A DNA stretch of 64,000 bases from positions 79,298,001-79,362,000 of the forward strand of contig OX597822.1 of assembly GCA_951406725.2 (NCBI GenBank). The letters run 5' to 3'. Made by a program: the position numbers and the translations under genes. The stretch's first letter is position 1; each line of letters begins with the position of its first letter. The DNA is from Octopus vulgaris. Lineage: Eukaryota. The notes beneath the pieces were generated by a model. It saw nothing but the letters and a program-made list of their open reading frames with translations, was not told the origin of the DNA and searched no databases. Of the stretch, positions 13,567 through 28,256 are shown piece by piece.

Positions 13567-15449
13567 CAGGTATTGTCATAACATAGAACAGACACAAGAT
13601 ACTTCGTTCGACGATCTAACAATTCCGTCGCTCCATTGCTCTGATTAGTACTTTATTTATCGAAGTCGAAAGGATGAAAGGCTAAGTTGATCTCAGTGAG
13701 ATTTGAACTCGAAAGGCAGAGAGCCGGAACAAGTACCGCAAAGCATTTTATCCAACGCGGTAAGGCAATAGCTATTAAGCAGTGCGTCACGGTGCACTGA
13801 TTCACCGCGAGAGTTCTTTCATAAAATGTTTCAGGCTTTAGAAAATCCATAATAATAATCGGCATTTTTGAAAAGAAAATGTTATTCATCAAATTGTTAA
13901 CTTGAACAAGGTAAAATAAGCAAAAGCTTTTCTATTTTTGTTTCTAGATTTTTAACTTCAAAAAGAGCCTTTTTTTTATATAAACTTTACAAAATTTTGT
14001 GGACCTGTTGTACGTTAGCCTATGAAATCTACCGTAAGTGAAAATGCAGTGTTTATTGCATGCATGCGTATAAAGAGTAAATAAATTTATTTTATGTTTG
14101 TTTGTACAAACCAAATGCTTCGGCTCTTTCGCTTTAACCAGCACAGCTAAGGCCATAATGATGTTTGCGTACATGTGTATGCGCAAGTAAAACACACTTT
14201 CTTTTAAAAGTCAATCATACATCATAAAATAGGAAACGATTCGAAAATGAAAGAGCAAAAATGAAATGTTAAAGCGAAAAGGAAAAATAAGAACCAGCAA
14301 TTACTAGGTCAAATGCGAACCCCCATCAAGGTCACCACAACGATATAGAAAATTAAAGACCAACAGATAATGAGGCGATGAAGTTCCCTTTGAACTTTTA
14401 AGCTAATGAAAGTCAACTGACAACCCCGTTATAACCTTAGCATGTTATTAGACAATAATAATAACGTTGACAAACGAAGTTCATGAGGTACAGGAAGAGG
14501 CGATACTGAATGAGGGAAGGGAACGAGGAGACTAAGGAAGAAAGGAGAGGGGAAGACGTAGATAAAAAGGAATATTTATTACCAATCACTACCACCAGCT
14601 ATCCCACACTTTTCGTCTCTGGCTCATATAATTTCAAATCCTTTACGCAGCTGCCATCTAATGCCTTAAAAAGTAATAAAACAAAAACGCATTAATGAGG
14701 AGAAAAGGAAGCAACCCGGCTCTTTTTAGGGTGTCTATGACTGGTGATGCTTGCAAGAGCGAACTCTCCTAGAGGTACCCAAGGACACTCGGTTTACCAC
14801 GTTCGTAAACTGAGTGACTGATTCAGTCAACTATCGCAGATGAGGTACATTTCCCGCTTCCCGCGCTCCTCTAGTTACCATCTACTAAATTTCACCCATG
14901 AGGCTTTGGTTTTGACTCGAGACTATGATAGATAAATAGAAGACACTAGAAGTGTTGTGTGGTAAGACCGAACCAGAAATCATATAGTTGCGGGGGCGAA
15001 GTTCTAAAGCACACAAAAACATTAATACAGGTGCAAACACAGAAGAAATTTGATTGAAATGCATGAGAATGTACAACGAATTTCAAAATGTCACGTATCG
15101 TCACGATATACGTAATTAAATCCACGATTAAGTCCGAAAAAAAAAATTAAAGGTAAAAATGTTTCTTATTTATAGGAAAATTTATGTCTTTTTTTGTCAG
15201 ATTGTCTTGTTTTTTTATTTCAATATAAAAAAAATCGATGTCACTTTAGCTGAGCACACTTAAATGTGTAATGAATTGAGTGTGTGAGAGCATGTGCACA
15301 CACACACACACACATATATGTGTGTGAGAGAGAGAATGAACGAACGTGTCTTTTTCGATGCTCAACTCCTTGATAAACAGCTTATCTTGGACGAAGCCTA
15401 TCGTCAGGCTTACTATAGTTATCTACTATATGAGGAGTATTGCTTCTAC

Positions 15450-16500
15450 AATCCTATACTCTTGATGTAAGTATTGAAGGTTACAGATTTTGAAAGCGTA
15501 ACAGAATTCTTCACAAGTTATGTTCTTCGTAAAAATAAGTTTCGACACTTTGTTATAGAAGCTGTTTCTAATAAGTCATACTTATTAAATATTTTAGATT
15601 ATTTTATAGAAAACAATAAATGTGCTCTACATTTGTGGAACAACAGAAGTAAGCTAGTTAATTATGGGTTCACTGCAAAGCTAAGCAAAAACGTTTTAAG
15701 CTTTTCAATTTGGCTTAAATAATGATTCTAAAGCTGAATGACTTTGCTTCTAAATACATCAGTAGCGTTTGAAAATGTGTTACCGAAGAATAAAAATATC
15801 TTTGATAATTTATAACCATTTTCATCTCCAAAACATTCCCACAGTGCTTTGGCACTCCTCGATAGACACTAACAATAGCTTTTTCAGACTTTAAGGACTT
15901 AAATATTCTATCAATAAACGGCAAGAGTTAGCCATTTTATTACAACACGGCACAACAATACAATTAACAACATACACAAATTCGTGTAATTTCTTTTAAC
16001 TGTACCGTCATTACAGAAGAGATACTGAAATGGTTATACACTTTGACCAACATATTTTCCAACATCAAATTCTAATTACCGTGCAGTTAATCTTATTGCA
16101 TTGAGTAAAAATATGGGCTAGAAAATTTGCTAGTATAATGTTCTTTTGAACTAATTTTTCAATTTTTATTTTCCAGTTTACACATTGTCATAGTCTATGC
16201 AAACATTTCATTCACTTGCTCACACGTGGTTAGTTTCTTATTTCCTTTGATAATTCTTCGTAACCACAGTAAAAGTCAACACGTGTGCACTCCCTTCTCA
16301 AAGTGAATGTCTCTCGGAAGTATTTGGAAACGCTTTATTGCACCTTTGTTAGAAACATCAACTGTTCTTGAAAAACAGCAAACCATGTTCTTTGATATAT
16401 TCCATATTCTTATTTTTTACAGAACACAGCGCTAGAATGTTTTCACGTATAGTTTTTCATTAGTTTTCCCACGTTACGCTTTTGACTATCATTGAGTCAC
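15450..16500 (-). pseudogene. Highly decayed hAT-like transposase
   Basis: Minus-strand fragments TVDVSNKGAIKRFQILPRDIHFEKGV, FDV.NMLVKVYNHFSISSVMTVQLKE and LLCRVVIKWLTL.PFIDRIFK occur in the order expected for hAT motifs (DASN..K.FP...RYF; YNHFS.S; LRHV.TRWLSL). Confidence 0.6.
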
Positions 16501-16714
16501 TGTGTATTCCTTTGTCAAATTTTTACTACACAATCAACACCCTCGCATAACAGACGATGCTTCACAAGACCCCCTTTAAACAGTACTGCAGCCGAGATTT
16601 TCTAGTCTGGAATTGATCGAGCTGGGGAGACAATGATGACGTACCAGCAATGCAGCAGCGTTAACTTATAATTACAATAGCACAGTATATACACACAAAT
16701 ATTTTTTTTTTCTT

Positions 16715-17495
16715 TTACTTGTTTCAATCATCAGACTGTAGCCATGCAGGAGCACCGCCTTGAAGGTTGTAGACGAACAAATAGACCCCTAGTTCATTAT
16801 ACAGCTTGGTATTTAATCTATCGGTCCCAAATCAACACCAGTAGCCAAGCGCTGGTAAGGCACACACACACACACACACACACACACAGCGGGCTTCTAC
16901 ACAGTTTCAGTCAACTAAATTCACTCACGAAGCATCGACTGGCCTGGGAATCTAATAGATTACATTTGCCTAAGATACCTCGTGGTGGGATTGAACTCAA
17001 AACCCTATAGTTGCAAAACCATAGGTTTTGGGGTTCAAACTACACAGCCAGACACACCCACAGATACTGTAAATATGCGCACCCACACATACATTAACAT
17101 GTGTGTGTGTGTACTTTTATTTTCACTTGTTTCTCATTTGACAGCGGACATGCTGGAGCACCGCCTTAAAGGGTTTTAGTCCAAGAAATCGACCCCATGA
17201 CTTATTCTTTGTAAGCTTAGTACTTATTCTATCGGTTTCTTTTACCAAACCGCTAAGTAAACACACCAACATTAGTTGTCAAGCAATGGTGAGAGGACAG
17301 ACACAAAGACACAGGAACATATACATACATACATATATATATATATATTATACGACGGGCTTCTTTCAGTTTTCGTCAACCAAATCCACTCACAAGGCTT
17401 TGGTCGGCCCGAAGCTATAGCAGAAGGCACTTGCCCAAGGTGCTGAACCCGGAACCATGCGGTTGGGAAGCAGGCTTCTTAGCACACAACCACGC
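16715..17495 (-). mobile_element. Two tandem family-B SINEs
   Basis: Both carry CATGC(A/T)GGAGCACCGCCTT (reverse of the tail) and reverse-oriented tRNA heads. Confidence 0.85.
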
Positions 17496-17597
17496 TAAAT
17501 GTATATATGTGTGTGTGTGCATACATGTGTGTGTATGTACATACATATTTGCGGTGGGGGTGTAGTGTGTATTTATATATGTATATATATTTGATTC

Positions 17598-17682
<85 letters not shown>

Positions 17683-18126
17683 TACACACATATGTAACTT
17701 AACATTATCACTGCACACACACACATGGTTAATAACAAGCTCATGCTAGTATGATGGAGCATGCAGCCTTTAAGAGATAAAATAAGACGGTGAATCCTTT
17801 GTAGCGTGTCCAAGTATATTTCAAGCGAAAGACACGATATAAAGTATTATGGATGCGTGCGTTCCTAATCGCGTGAATGCGGGACTGCGTTCAGACGCAT
17901 GTTGAGCACGAGTGAGTAAGCGATGTTGCTTGTGTTTCCATGGGCACAGCAAGCCCTGAGAACTGAGAACTGCCAGGCTTTAAAAAAAAGATATTGGGAA
18001 TATGAATTGAGGTTTTTGAGTCAGAGCGCGCTGAATAATCAATAGAAATATGGGATGTGGGGTGAGTTTAAGACATAGCCAGTGGAAGTTTTGAAATAAG
18101 TATGTGTACAATACACACACCGATAA

Positions 18127-18164
<38 letters not shown>

Positions 18165-18244
18165 AACGCCGGTTTATGGATATAGGTTTCCCGTCCATGC
18201 ACACGATATATATATATAAGAGAGAGAGACACACACACAAACAC

Positions 18245-18287
<43 letters not shown>

Positions 18288-18299
18288 ACATATATACAC

Positions 18300-18412
18300 A
18301 CGAATCCAGGTAAAAAGAAGTCACAGGAAAAAATCACAGTGGTTTTGTCCGGATCCCATAAATTAATTGTGACTGTATTACCGGATCCCATAAATTAATT
18401 GTGACTTTCTTT
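18300..18412. mobile_element. Small inverted-repeat element with a 32-bp tandem duplication
   Basis: GAATCCAGGTAAAAAGAAGTCACA vs TGTGACTGTATTACCGGATCC. CCGGATCCCATAAATTAATTGTGACT occurs at 18349 and 18381. Confidence 0.45.
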
Positions 18413-18479
18413 CCTAGCCAAAATTATGATCTTATTACTGTGACTTTATTAGTTTAATCTTCATACTTCAGCTGTGCTA

Positions 18480-19200
18480 TGTATATCTCATGTATTCCTC
18501 TTGTAGCAGGCTCCCATTTCTACCAATATTTCAAAGTTATCTAATTCTTTCTATTATTATACAGCTCTACCACAATCTCACCTTCCATCTGGCTAAATTC
18601 CTGCTCTATCAATATTTCTGGTCTGTGGCTTGCAGTAGGTTGTCTCATTAGAAATTCTCAGTTGTTTTCTGTCATAAGTTTAACTTTGTTACCCTCTATA
18701 CCTTCCTTCCCTGAATTGTCTTGTCTTTGATTCTCCAATCTAATTCTTATTCAGATGTCACTAAACCCCAGTTAATATTGAGAGGTACATTCTTCACTAG
18801 GCAAAGTCTTAGTATTCGCTAGTTGTCTAAATTTTTTCATAATTAGTATAAAATCTACCTGCCTTATGTGGTTGCCTGAATTGTCAGTGTGGTCAGGTGA
18901 CTGTCAAGTTTCCTTAAGTCGGTATTGCACATAGATTTCTGTGTTACAAATAATCTAAGAGCCTCGACCACACTTCACTTCTTGTACTATATTCTTAGCC
19001 TCCATGCATATTGGAGTAATTTGCATAGCATTAGCCACCACATGTCCATTGAAGTTACCAGCCATGACAGAGGTAATCTGTAAGAAGACCTCATGGAAAA
19101 TGTCGTTTTGCTCAACATTTACTCCTGTGATGCATATGCAGTGTAGCTGTTGTTGTCACATGATCTGTGACAGCAGCCTAAACTAAATTATTATCCCATA
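18480..19200 (-). pseudogene. Decayed RTE (BovB-like) LINE AP-endonuclease region
   Basis: Minus fragments AYA.., EQNDIFHEVFLQITS, MAGNFNGHV, CNTDLRKLDSHL, RQVDFILI and TKTLPSEECTSQY match RTE endonuclease motifs (GDFNGHVG, QIDYIL, EEC..QH). Confidence 0.75.
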
Positions 19201-20369
19201 ATGTGATTATTTCAATCTCTTAACTTTCCATTTCTCTGCCAACAAGATACTACACCACACTGACCAGCTATCTGACTAGAAATTACACATCCTCGTTTAT
19301 CACAGGTCTAGGGATTGTTTAAAAAACAAAGACGTGCTGTGTTAAATGAATTAATGATAAATAAATGATAGAACATTGGAAAAATAGTTTTTGTTCCAAA
19401 GCCCCAAGTTGTTCTGAGCACTGTGGATAATTGCTGGGGCATGCTTTTTGTAGTCCAAGTAGAATCTTCGATTGATTGTTAACCCATGTTATCCTAGATC
19501 AATTTGTGATAAGCATAATGCATTTCACAATTAGCGCACCCTATTAACTTACATCAGTGATGAATGAATTAGTGATTAAAGAGATGTAAGTGTATACACA
19601 AACACGCAACACTAAACAGAAACTATTGGTTAACTCACAACACTGCCAGCTCTTATCACCACGCCCACAACTTACACCAACAATTTCTCTTTCGGTCCTC
19701 CCTGCCTCACAACCCACCCCTCATGCTTTACATCTCTCAATCACTGCAATCAGCTCATATAATTCTTGTTTGCACCTTTTAACCTACCCATTTGTTTGCA
19801 ATTTCTAATGTCCTTTCATTACCTAAAACACATTAGTCTAAAACTTTATACTGCTTCACTCTTTACAGCAACCAAGGTTTAATGAGCCTTTGTTTTCACC
19901 ACTTCTCCACTGTTTCCAAAGTGCAAGTTAATTTCTGCTGCATTGCCAAACAAGGCATGAAGTGTTAAAGTCATTACAATAGTGTTTATGACCAAACTGA
20001 TCTGTTAAGTTTATTAACATTTCTGCAGGCAATCACATAAACAACAAAATCTAATAATATCAGTTCTTCAATCACTTAAGTTCACATCCTGTACTGTTAT
20101 CCAATTTAACAGTACCTTTCAGAATTTTTGGCATCAATTATTATTCCCATTTCAAACCTTATCCACATATCCCTTATTTCATATTTAATAGGTCTTTTAA
20201 TACACAATAAATATTGGATGCCATAAGAACAAAATAAATGAAAATATAATTAGATAAACACATTTTGCAGATTACCATTATATATACATGGTAATGGTTA
20301 GTGCATGACATTTTTACTTATATTTTACAAATATGGGAATAAGCAATTACAATTTCTATGAAAAATATT

Positions 20370-20524
20370 CTTTTCTATTCTAGGCACATGACCCAAAATT
20401 TTGGGGGAGGGAGCCAGTTGATTAGATTGGCCCCAGTATGCAACAGGTACTTAATTTATCAACCCCGAAAGGATGAAAGGCAAAGCTTTGTGAGTGGATT
20501 TGGTAGACAGAAACTGAAAGTTGC

Positions 20525-20571
<47 letters not shown>

Positions 20572-21090
20572 TTCTTCCCTCACTATCACTTGACAACCGA
20601 TGTTGGTGCAACTTAGCGGCTTGGCAAAAGAGACTGACAGAATAAGTACTAGGCTTACAAAGACTGGGTCAATTTCTTTGACTAAAGACAGTGCTCCAGT
20701 ATGGCTGCAGTCAAATGACTGAAACAAGTTAAAGAAATAAAAGAAAGATCAACTGACTCCATTCATCCTTTGGTGATTGATAAAGCACCAGTCAAAGACA
20801 GGGACTCAATGGTATTGACTAACTTCCCTGTCTCCCAAATTTCCTCTCTTGTGCTAAATTTAGAAACATAAGAGTTGTGGACTAGCATAAACAGAGCTTC
20901 AAAGAAAATGCTTTGCAGTATTCACTGATGATTCTATATATTCTGATTTCAAATCAAAGGTTGACTTCGCCTTTCATTTTTTCAGGGTCAATAAAATGAA
21001 ATCCCAGTCAAGTCCTGGGATCGATGTAACTGACTGATACCCTCCTCTAAAAAGAACTGGCTTTGCACCTAAAGCAGAAACCATTACTAT
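20370..21090. mobile_element. Cluster of diverged, CpG-decayed family-B and family-C SINE pieces
   Basis: Recognisable domains at 20370-20485(-), 20485-20740(+), 20750-20870(+) and 20880-21090(+). Confidence 0.7.
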
Positions 21091-23832
21091 TATGAAGCTG
21101 CATGGGGTTAGTAAAAAAAAAAAAAAACACTCAATGCTAAAAGGTAACAGAGTGTACAGATATATACCGCAAGCTGGCAGATTCAATGTAATATACTTAA
21201 TACATGCTTTCATCAAAGACTGCTCCCAGCAAGAATCTCAGAGTAATAGGTACGTCACGTTCAATTTATCACACGTGTTTATGTTCTTTATGTATGAATA
21301 CACACCCCACTATGGAGTCAATAAAACAAGAACTAGTAAAGTATTATTTAGGACCATTTTGACAGACTACACCCTTGCCTAAAATTAGTGGATTCATGAT
21401 TTTGTTAGAAATTACCCTGCATGCGCACACTAGTGTGTCTGTGCATGTGTTTGTGTATTTCTTTTTTCAGTTATTGGACTGCAGCCATGCTGAGACACCG
21501 CCTTGAAGAGTTTAGCTGAACAAATCAACTCCTATACATATTTTTAAGTGTGCTACTTATTCTACTGGCCTCTCTTGCTGAATTTCTAACTTGTCAACAA
21601 GATGTGGTAGTGGGGAGACAACACAAACATTATATATATATACACACACACACAAATGAGGGGGTACTGAAAAGTGCTTTAAGGGTATCGCGAAAGGCCT
21701 GGTTGAAGACCCAAACTACCGAGTTCTTTTACAGGGATAAGAAAAACTGAAGGGCTGCTGCAGTAAGTGTGTGTATTTGAGAGGGGAATACATTCAATAA
21801 AATTATAATTAACTGATCCTCCTGTATTTTCTTTTGCCCAAAGCCAGGAACTTTTCAGCAGCCCCCTCCTCCAACACACACACACACACCCACACACCCA
21901 CACCCACACACACACACACACACACGAACGACAAGCTACCTCACACTTTCCATCTAACAGATTCACTCACAAAACATTGGTCAGTCTGTGGTAATAGTAA
22001 AGTGTCAATCAGTGAGACTGAACCTAAAACAATGTGGTTGCGAAGCAGGCTGCTTAATCTTATAACCAGCGCCTGCCCACACACACAGATATTTTTCGGA
22101 GTGCTTTGTTACCATTTCCTTATATACTTGCTTAGACCCTGATTAGTTCTGATTCAGAAGACCCATGAATCAAAGTAGCCTTTGATCATCTCATGTTTTA
22201 TCTGAAACAAAATCTGCCTAATTCTACATTTTTCTAATATATGTATCCCTTTTTTTTTTTTTATATCAGTAAAAGATTTTTCTGCTATTTTTAGTAGGTC
22301 ATGACAAAGCCCCTAGGTGAAATAAAGGTATATAGAATGTTAGATAATACTTAAAAGTACTTTCTATAAGAAGAATATAAAGTTAAGTGCAAATTAATTT
22401 AGATAATGTAGTAAGCCAAAAATAATTTTAAACTGTTTGAAATTAAATAAAAAAAATTTTCAGCTGCAAAAAGAGGTAAGGAGAAAACTCTAGGAATTAA
22501 ACTGATAGACAATTATATGAAAGCATGGGGGCTTTCCAACTTGAGGCTGTAGTAGATCCCACTTTGGGGATCTACAATAGCTCTAGGTTGATTTGTGAGT
22601 GGATTTGGTAAGCAGAGATTAAAAGAGGCCTGTCAAGTATTTGTGTGTGTGTTTGTATTTGTGCTTTCTTGACGTGAGATTGCATGATAGCTGACAATGA
22701 GTGTCACTGTCATGCAAGCAGCATCTTTCATTTCCAATATTCTGCAAAAACATGTTTAGCCAATGAGTAATATTACCTTGCTTGGAAACAGGTGACAAGT
22801 GGCAACAGGATGGGCATCTGGCTGAAGAAAATCAACCTCAATTAACAACTCCACTGAATGCATTCATGCATGAAAAAGTGAGCATTAAAATGATGATGCA
22901 GTGGGGAGTGAGTCTGATCTTTGATAACTGTGGAGATGGTTCCAGGGATATACTACTGGACCTCCTTGGCACAATTTTACGAGATCATACAACAGTGAGG
23001 GTGCCACTTTAGCGAGAGCAGGTCATTTCACAGAATAGACTACGGATAGTGCAGTAGGCCACACACTATAGTAGCACCACTGTGAGAATATATTTATATA
23101 TATACGGTTTATGAAGGCTATTCACTAATTAGGTGACTTAATAACAATAGGAAACTTTACAATAGTATACACGAAAAACATATGGTCAAGTGCAGTATAT
23201 AGAGGGTTGCAAGGTCAAGAAGCTTGTTTTGCTGCCAAGCGGTTTTGGTTTCAGATCCACTGCTCAGCATCTTCGTTAGGTGTCTTCTACTATAGCCCTG
23301 ATCAAACCAATGCCTTAGGAATGAACTTGGCAGAAGGAAACCATGTGGAAGCCTGTAGTGTGTTTGTGCTCCCAGCGAAGCCTGACAACCAGAGTTGGTT
23401 TGTTCACATCCCCATAGCTTAGCAGTACAGCAAAGACATTGATTGAATAAGTACCAAACTTTAAAAAATAACTACGGTGAATTGTTCGACTAAACACTTC
23501 AAGGCAGTGCCTCTGTATTGTTGCAATCCAGAGACTGAATTAAGTAAAAGACAGTGTGCAACAAGTCATTTGATAGTAGGGTGTTATTTGCAGCAGGTCA
23601 AAGAACCACGTAGAAATTTTCAGGTTAATGTGATTTTCTTGTATTATTCCTTCCTGCACAGTCATTACAAGCAGTCTATCGATATCAGCTACGAGTTGAC
23701 AACAATGACTTGCTGAGCAGAATTCAACAAAAATAAAAAAATTTTTTTTGAGACTATCACCATAAGAGATTTTTTTTTTGTTGTGAATGCATGTGTATAT
23801 TGAAATAACAAATATACACCTGCCGACAGAGA

Positions 23833-23895
23833 CATATATATGTACACATATATAATATATATATATATATATATACATATATATATACACACATA

Positions 23896-23932
<37 letters not shown>

Positions 23933-24158
23933 CTTATACATATATATACACACATAATATATACATATATATATATATATATACTTACACATATATACAC
24001 ACACACACATATATACATATATATACACACATATATGCATACATATATACATATATACATACATATATATACATATATATACATATATATATACATACAT
24101 ATATATATATATATATATACAAATATATATTCATAGACATACATATACGCACACACGC

Positions 24159-24189
<31 letters not shown>

Positions 24190-24317
24190 CACATAGACAT
24201 ATATACACACACACATAAATATATATATATACATACACATAGACATATATACACACACACACATAAATATATATATATATACATGGACATATATATATAT
24301 ATATATATAAAACACAC

Positions 24318-24357
<40 letters not shown>

Positions 24358-25063
24358 CGCACATATAGGACAAGATTCTGTGATAGCCTGGGCTTCCGAG
24401 GCCCACAGCTCTTCAATATCCTCCCGATGAACCTGAGAGACCTGCATGGGGTGAATACAGATGTCTTTAAAATGGAGCTGGATCTCTTCCTGTCAGGTGT
24501 CCCAGATGAACCAACTTCACGGCAGGAGGGGCAGATGAGGGCAGCTGCATCGAACTCTCTCATGCACCAAATAGCAGTTGCTAAAAAGCCTCCATGAAGT
24601 GAAACCAAGTAGCAACACCAAATGGCGGTGCCCCAGCATGGCCACAGCTCATGAGCTGAAACTGGAATCAATCAATCAATCAATCATATATAGACATAGA
24701 CATATATATATACACATACATATATATATACACATACATATATATATACATACATAGACATATATATACACACACACACATATATACATACATACATAGA
24801 CATATATATACACACACACACATATATACATACATACATAGACATATATATATATACACACAATATACATACATACATAGACATATATATACACACACAC
24901 ATATATACATACATAAAATATATATATATATATATACACATACATACAAATATATATACACACATACATACAAATATATATACACACACACATATATATA
25001 CACACATACATACATATACAAATGTACATACATACGTGTATCTCACACACACACACACACACA
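23833..25063. repeat. Compound (TA)/(CA) microsatellite interrupted by a LINE stub
   Basis: Direct inspection. Confidence 0.95.
24366..24686 (+). mobile_element. 5'-truncated CR1-type LINE copy (last ~76 codons, 3'UTR, (TCAA)n tail)
   Basis: Near-identical to the reverse complement of 28921-29245. Encodes [20 protein letters not shown]...AVAKKPP*. Confidence 0.92.
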
Positions 25064-25266
25064 TCAATGTAAGTTCAGTGATTCATTCCAATCCTGCCGA
25101 TTCAGAGTAAATACAAAAATATAAATTACACCTCTTTCGTTTGTAAACAATATACATACATTACACACGCGCGAGCACGCATCTACAAATGTATAACCAC
25201 TGCCTGTTGATCATCATATTTTTTAGTAGTTCTCACTCTGTATCTCTCTTTCTATTTCTTCTCCAG

Positions 25267-25350
25267 AGCAGGTGAAATTAATATTCTTGAACCCAGTAAT
25301 GACCAGTCGAAACGAGACTACTAGAATTATCCTTCAGCGTGTCCGTAAAG
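25267..25350 (+). other. Candidate 84-nt internal exon
   Basis: Branch-like TCTCAC, a long pyrimidine tract ending CTCCAG|, and donor AAG|GTATAT. One frame is open (QVKLIFLNPVMTSRNETTRIILQRVRK). Confidence 0.3.
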
Positions 25351-26576
25351 GTATATATGCATCGGTAGCCTAATGTACATTTATTAAACGTTCGAATCTA
25401 AAAATTATTATAACCTTAATTATATTAATTATTTCTATAATAAGAACAAGACCACAAATTTTAGTTAGGTTTTACTATTAACCTGTGTATGTATGTGTTT
25501 ATATATATATATATATATCTACACGCATACATCCCTAATACTTAAAGGACTAATGTTTTTAATGAATCACGGATGATGAAAGGCAAATCGACCGTGGCGG
25601 GATTTGATCTACTATCGACTTTGCCGATTTTACCACTCGATGCGCTTTATGGTCCCTTTTTTCTTTTTATTTATATCATTAACAGAATAGTAGATAAAGT
25701 ACACTACAAGACGAATAAAAGAGTTTTTTTATGTTCAACCAGCAAGAAATAGCAGTCAAACCTCCTTTGAATCATACCTGACCGTCTCGGGGAAATGAAA
25801 GGATACATGGAAAAATGTCGTTGATACACTTCTAAAATAACGGGATGGTAATGGCTAGAAGGCCTCTGATAATATATGCATAATCCAGAGTTTCCGATTA
25901 CCAAATCCACTCGCAAGGCGAGTAGCACTTCCCCAAAGTACCTCGCAGAGATACTAAATCCAAAACCACGTGGTTGCGAAGAGAATTTCTTAATCACACA
26001 GCCATATCTGTGCTGTGCCTTTCTTTTTCCTTTTTAACCTGGTCGAGCAGCAATATTTTATGATGCAATTTATTTGAGAGAGAGAGAGAGACACACACAC
26101 ACACAGGTGCTGTTAGTGATAAGAATAAGAAAAGATTACCAAGCAGACAAGGAAATGAAAAGGAAAGACTTGTCTTGCAAAAGACCAATTAGAAATTAGA
26201 AGAAACTTGTCAGAGACTTTAGAAAGTTGCTCGGCGGTTTATTTGTTTTAACTGATTGCACACGTGAACGTGCATTTCGATATTGTTTTTAAGTGCTTGC
26301 ACGTAGCGATGTACTTTATGTGACATCTCAGTAATAATGCAATTCAATTTGTTTGCTGTAATATGATCAATTAATAACGAATGAAAGAAAGCAGGGTAAG
26401 AAGACTAATGTTCATTTGTGAAAGTACAGCAATTTGATTGCTACAGGAACTATTTCTGGCGCTTGTCTGAATATCCAAGATTCAGATATAACCATTGAAA
26501 ACTAAATTTTACACAAACATATACACGCATACACACATATATACGCAGTACACTAGCACATATAAAAAAATACACC

Positions 26577-26955
26577 AGGAGTGGCTGTGTGGTAAGTAGC
26601 TTGCTTACCAACCACATGGTTCTAGGTTCAGTCCCACTGCGTGGCACCTTGGGCAAGTGTCTTCTACTATAGCCTCGGGCCGACCAAAACCTTGTGAGTG
26701 GATTTGGTAGACGGAAACTGAAAGAAGCCCGTTGTATATATATATATATATATGTGTGTGTCTGTGTTTGTCCCCCCAACATCGCTTGACAACCGATGCT
26801 GGTGTGTTAACGTACCCGTAACTTAGCGGTTCGGCAAAAATAGACCGATGTAATAAGTACTAGGCTTCCAAAGAATAAGTCCTGGGGTCGATTTGCTCGA
26901 CTAAAGGCGGTGCTCCAGCATGGCCACAGTCAAATGACTGAAACAAGTAAAAGAG
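26577..26955 (+). mobile_element. Near-intact family-B SINE
   Basis: A-box TGGCTGTGTGGTAAG, B-box GGTTCAGTCCC, CORE-like CCTTGGGCAAGTG, an internal (TA)n(TG)n tract, and tail GGCGGTGCTCCAGCATGGCCACAGTCAAATGACTGAAACAAG. Confidence 0.92.
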
Positions 26956-27719
26956 AAAGAGAGAGAGACATACAATACACACACACACGACGACGACGAA
27001 GGTTCTAGTCTATCCGATCAACAGAACAGTATGCTAGTGAAACTAACGTGCAGTGGCTGAGATTCCACAGAAATCATAGATACAGTACATATACACTATA
27101 TACATAATATATACGCTATATGTCGATATACACACCCATATATAACGCATATCTGACACGTACGTTTCTTTTTATAGATAATTACTGTTCAAATTTAGGG
27201 CTACTCTAAATAAAACTTAGAATTCCAATGTGACTCTAGACTTGTAATTAGGAAGTTGCTAAATTGTCTTTGATTCTCATGGGATGTCGAAGTAGACAAG
27301 ATCTAATCAGGCTGAAATATGCCTTGTGGCGGAGTACTGCACATAAAAATGATTAGGCCTTTCTGTATATACACATGCACACAAATGTATATATTTGCGT
27401 GTATATATATCATCTACCTAAGCATATATACAAACCCACATAACTATATATATATATCTGTATATCTCAACTACATATGAATATGTACATATATACGCGT
27501 ATATACATATACAGTCTCATATCTGCATATACATATCTCCAAAGATATATATATAAATATCACACACAGACACACACACATATCTGTCAGACTGTACAAC
27601 TACGTTGTGTTTACGTACAATATTATAAAATACACAAAGGGTAATTTTCCGAAAAAAAAAGAAGCATCCGTGTTGCGTGTCAGCGTATAAATGTCTGTGC
27701 ATACTTACATGTATGTCTG

Positions 27720-27827
27720 TGTATATATATGTGTGTGTGTGTGTATGTATATATATATGTGTATATATATATATATAGAGAGAGAGATGTGTGTGTATAT
27801 GTATATATATATATATATATATATAGA

Positions 27828-27869
<42 letters not shown>

Positions 27870-28224
27870 TGTGTGTGTATATATATATATATAGTATATA
27901 TATGTATATATATATATATATATGTGTGTGTATATATATATATGTATATATATATATATAGATGTGTGTGTATATATATGTGTATATATAGATGTGTGTA
28001 TATATATATGTATATATAGATGTGTGTGTATATATATATGTATATATAGATGTGTGTGTATATATATATGTATATATAGATGTGTGTGTATATATATGTA
28101 TATATAGATGTGTGTATATATATATGTATATATAGATGTGTGTATATATATATATATATAGATGTGTGTATATATATATGTATATATAGATGTGTGTATA
28201 TATATATGTATATATATATGTATG

Positions 28225-28256
<32 letters not shown>

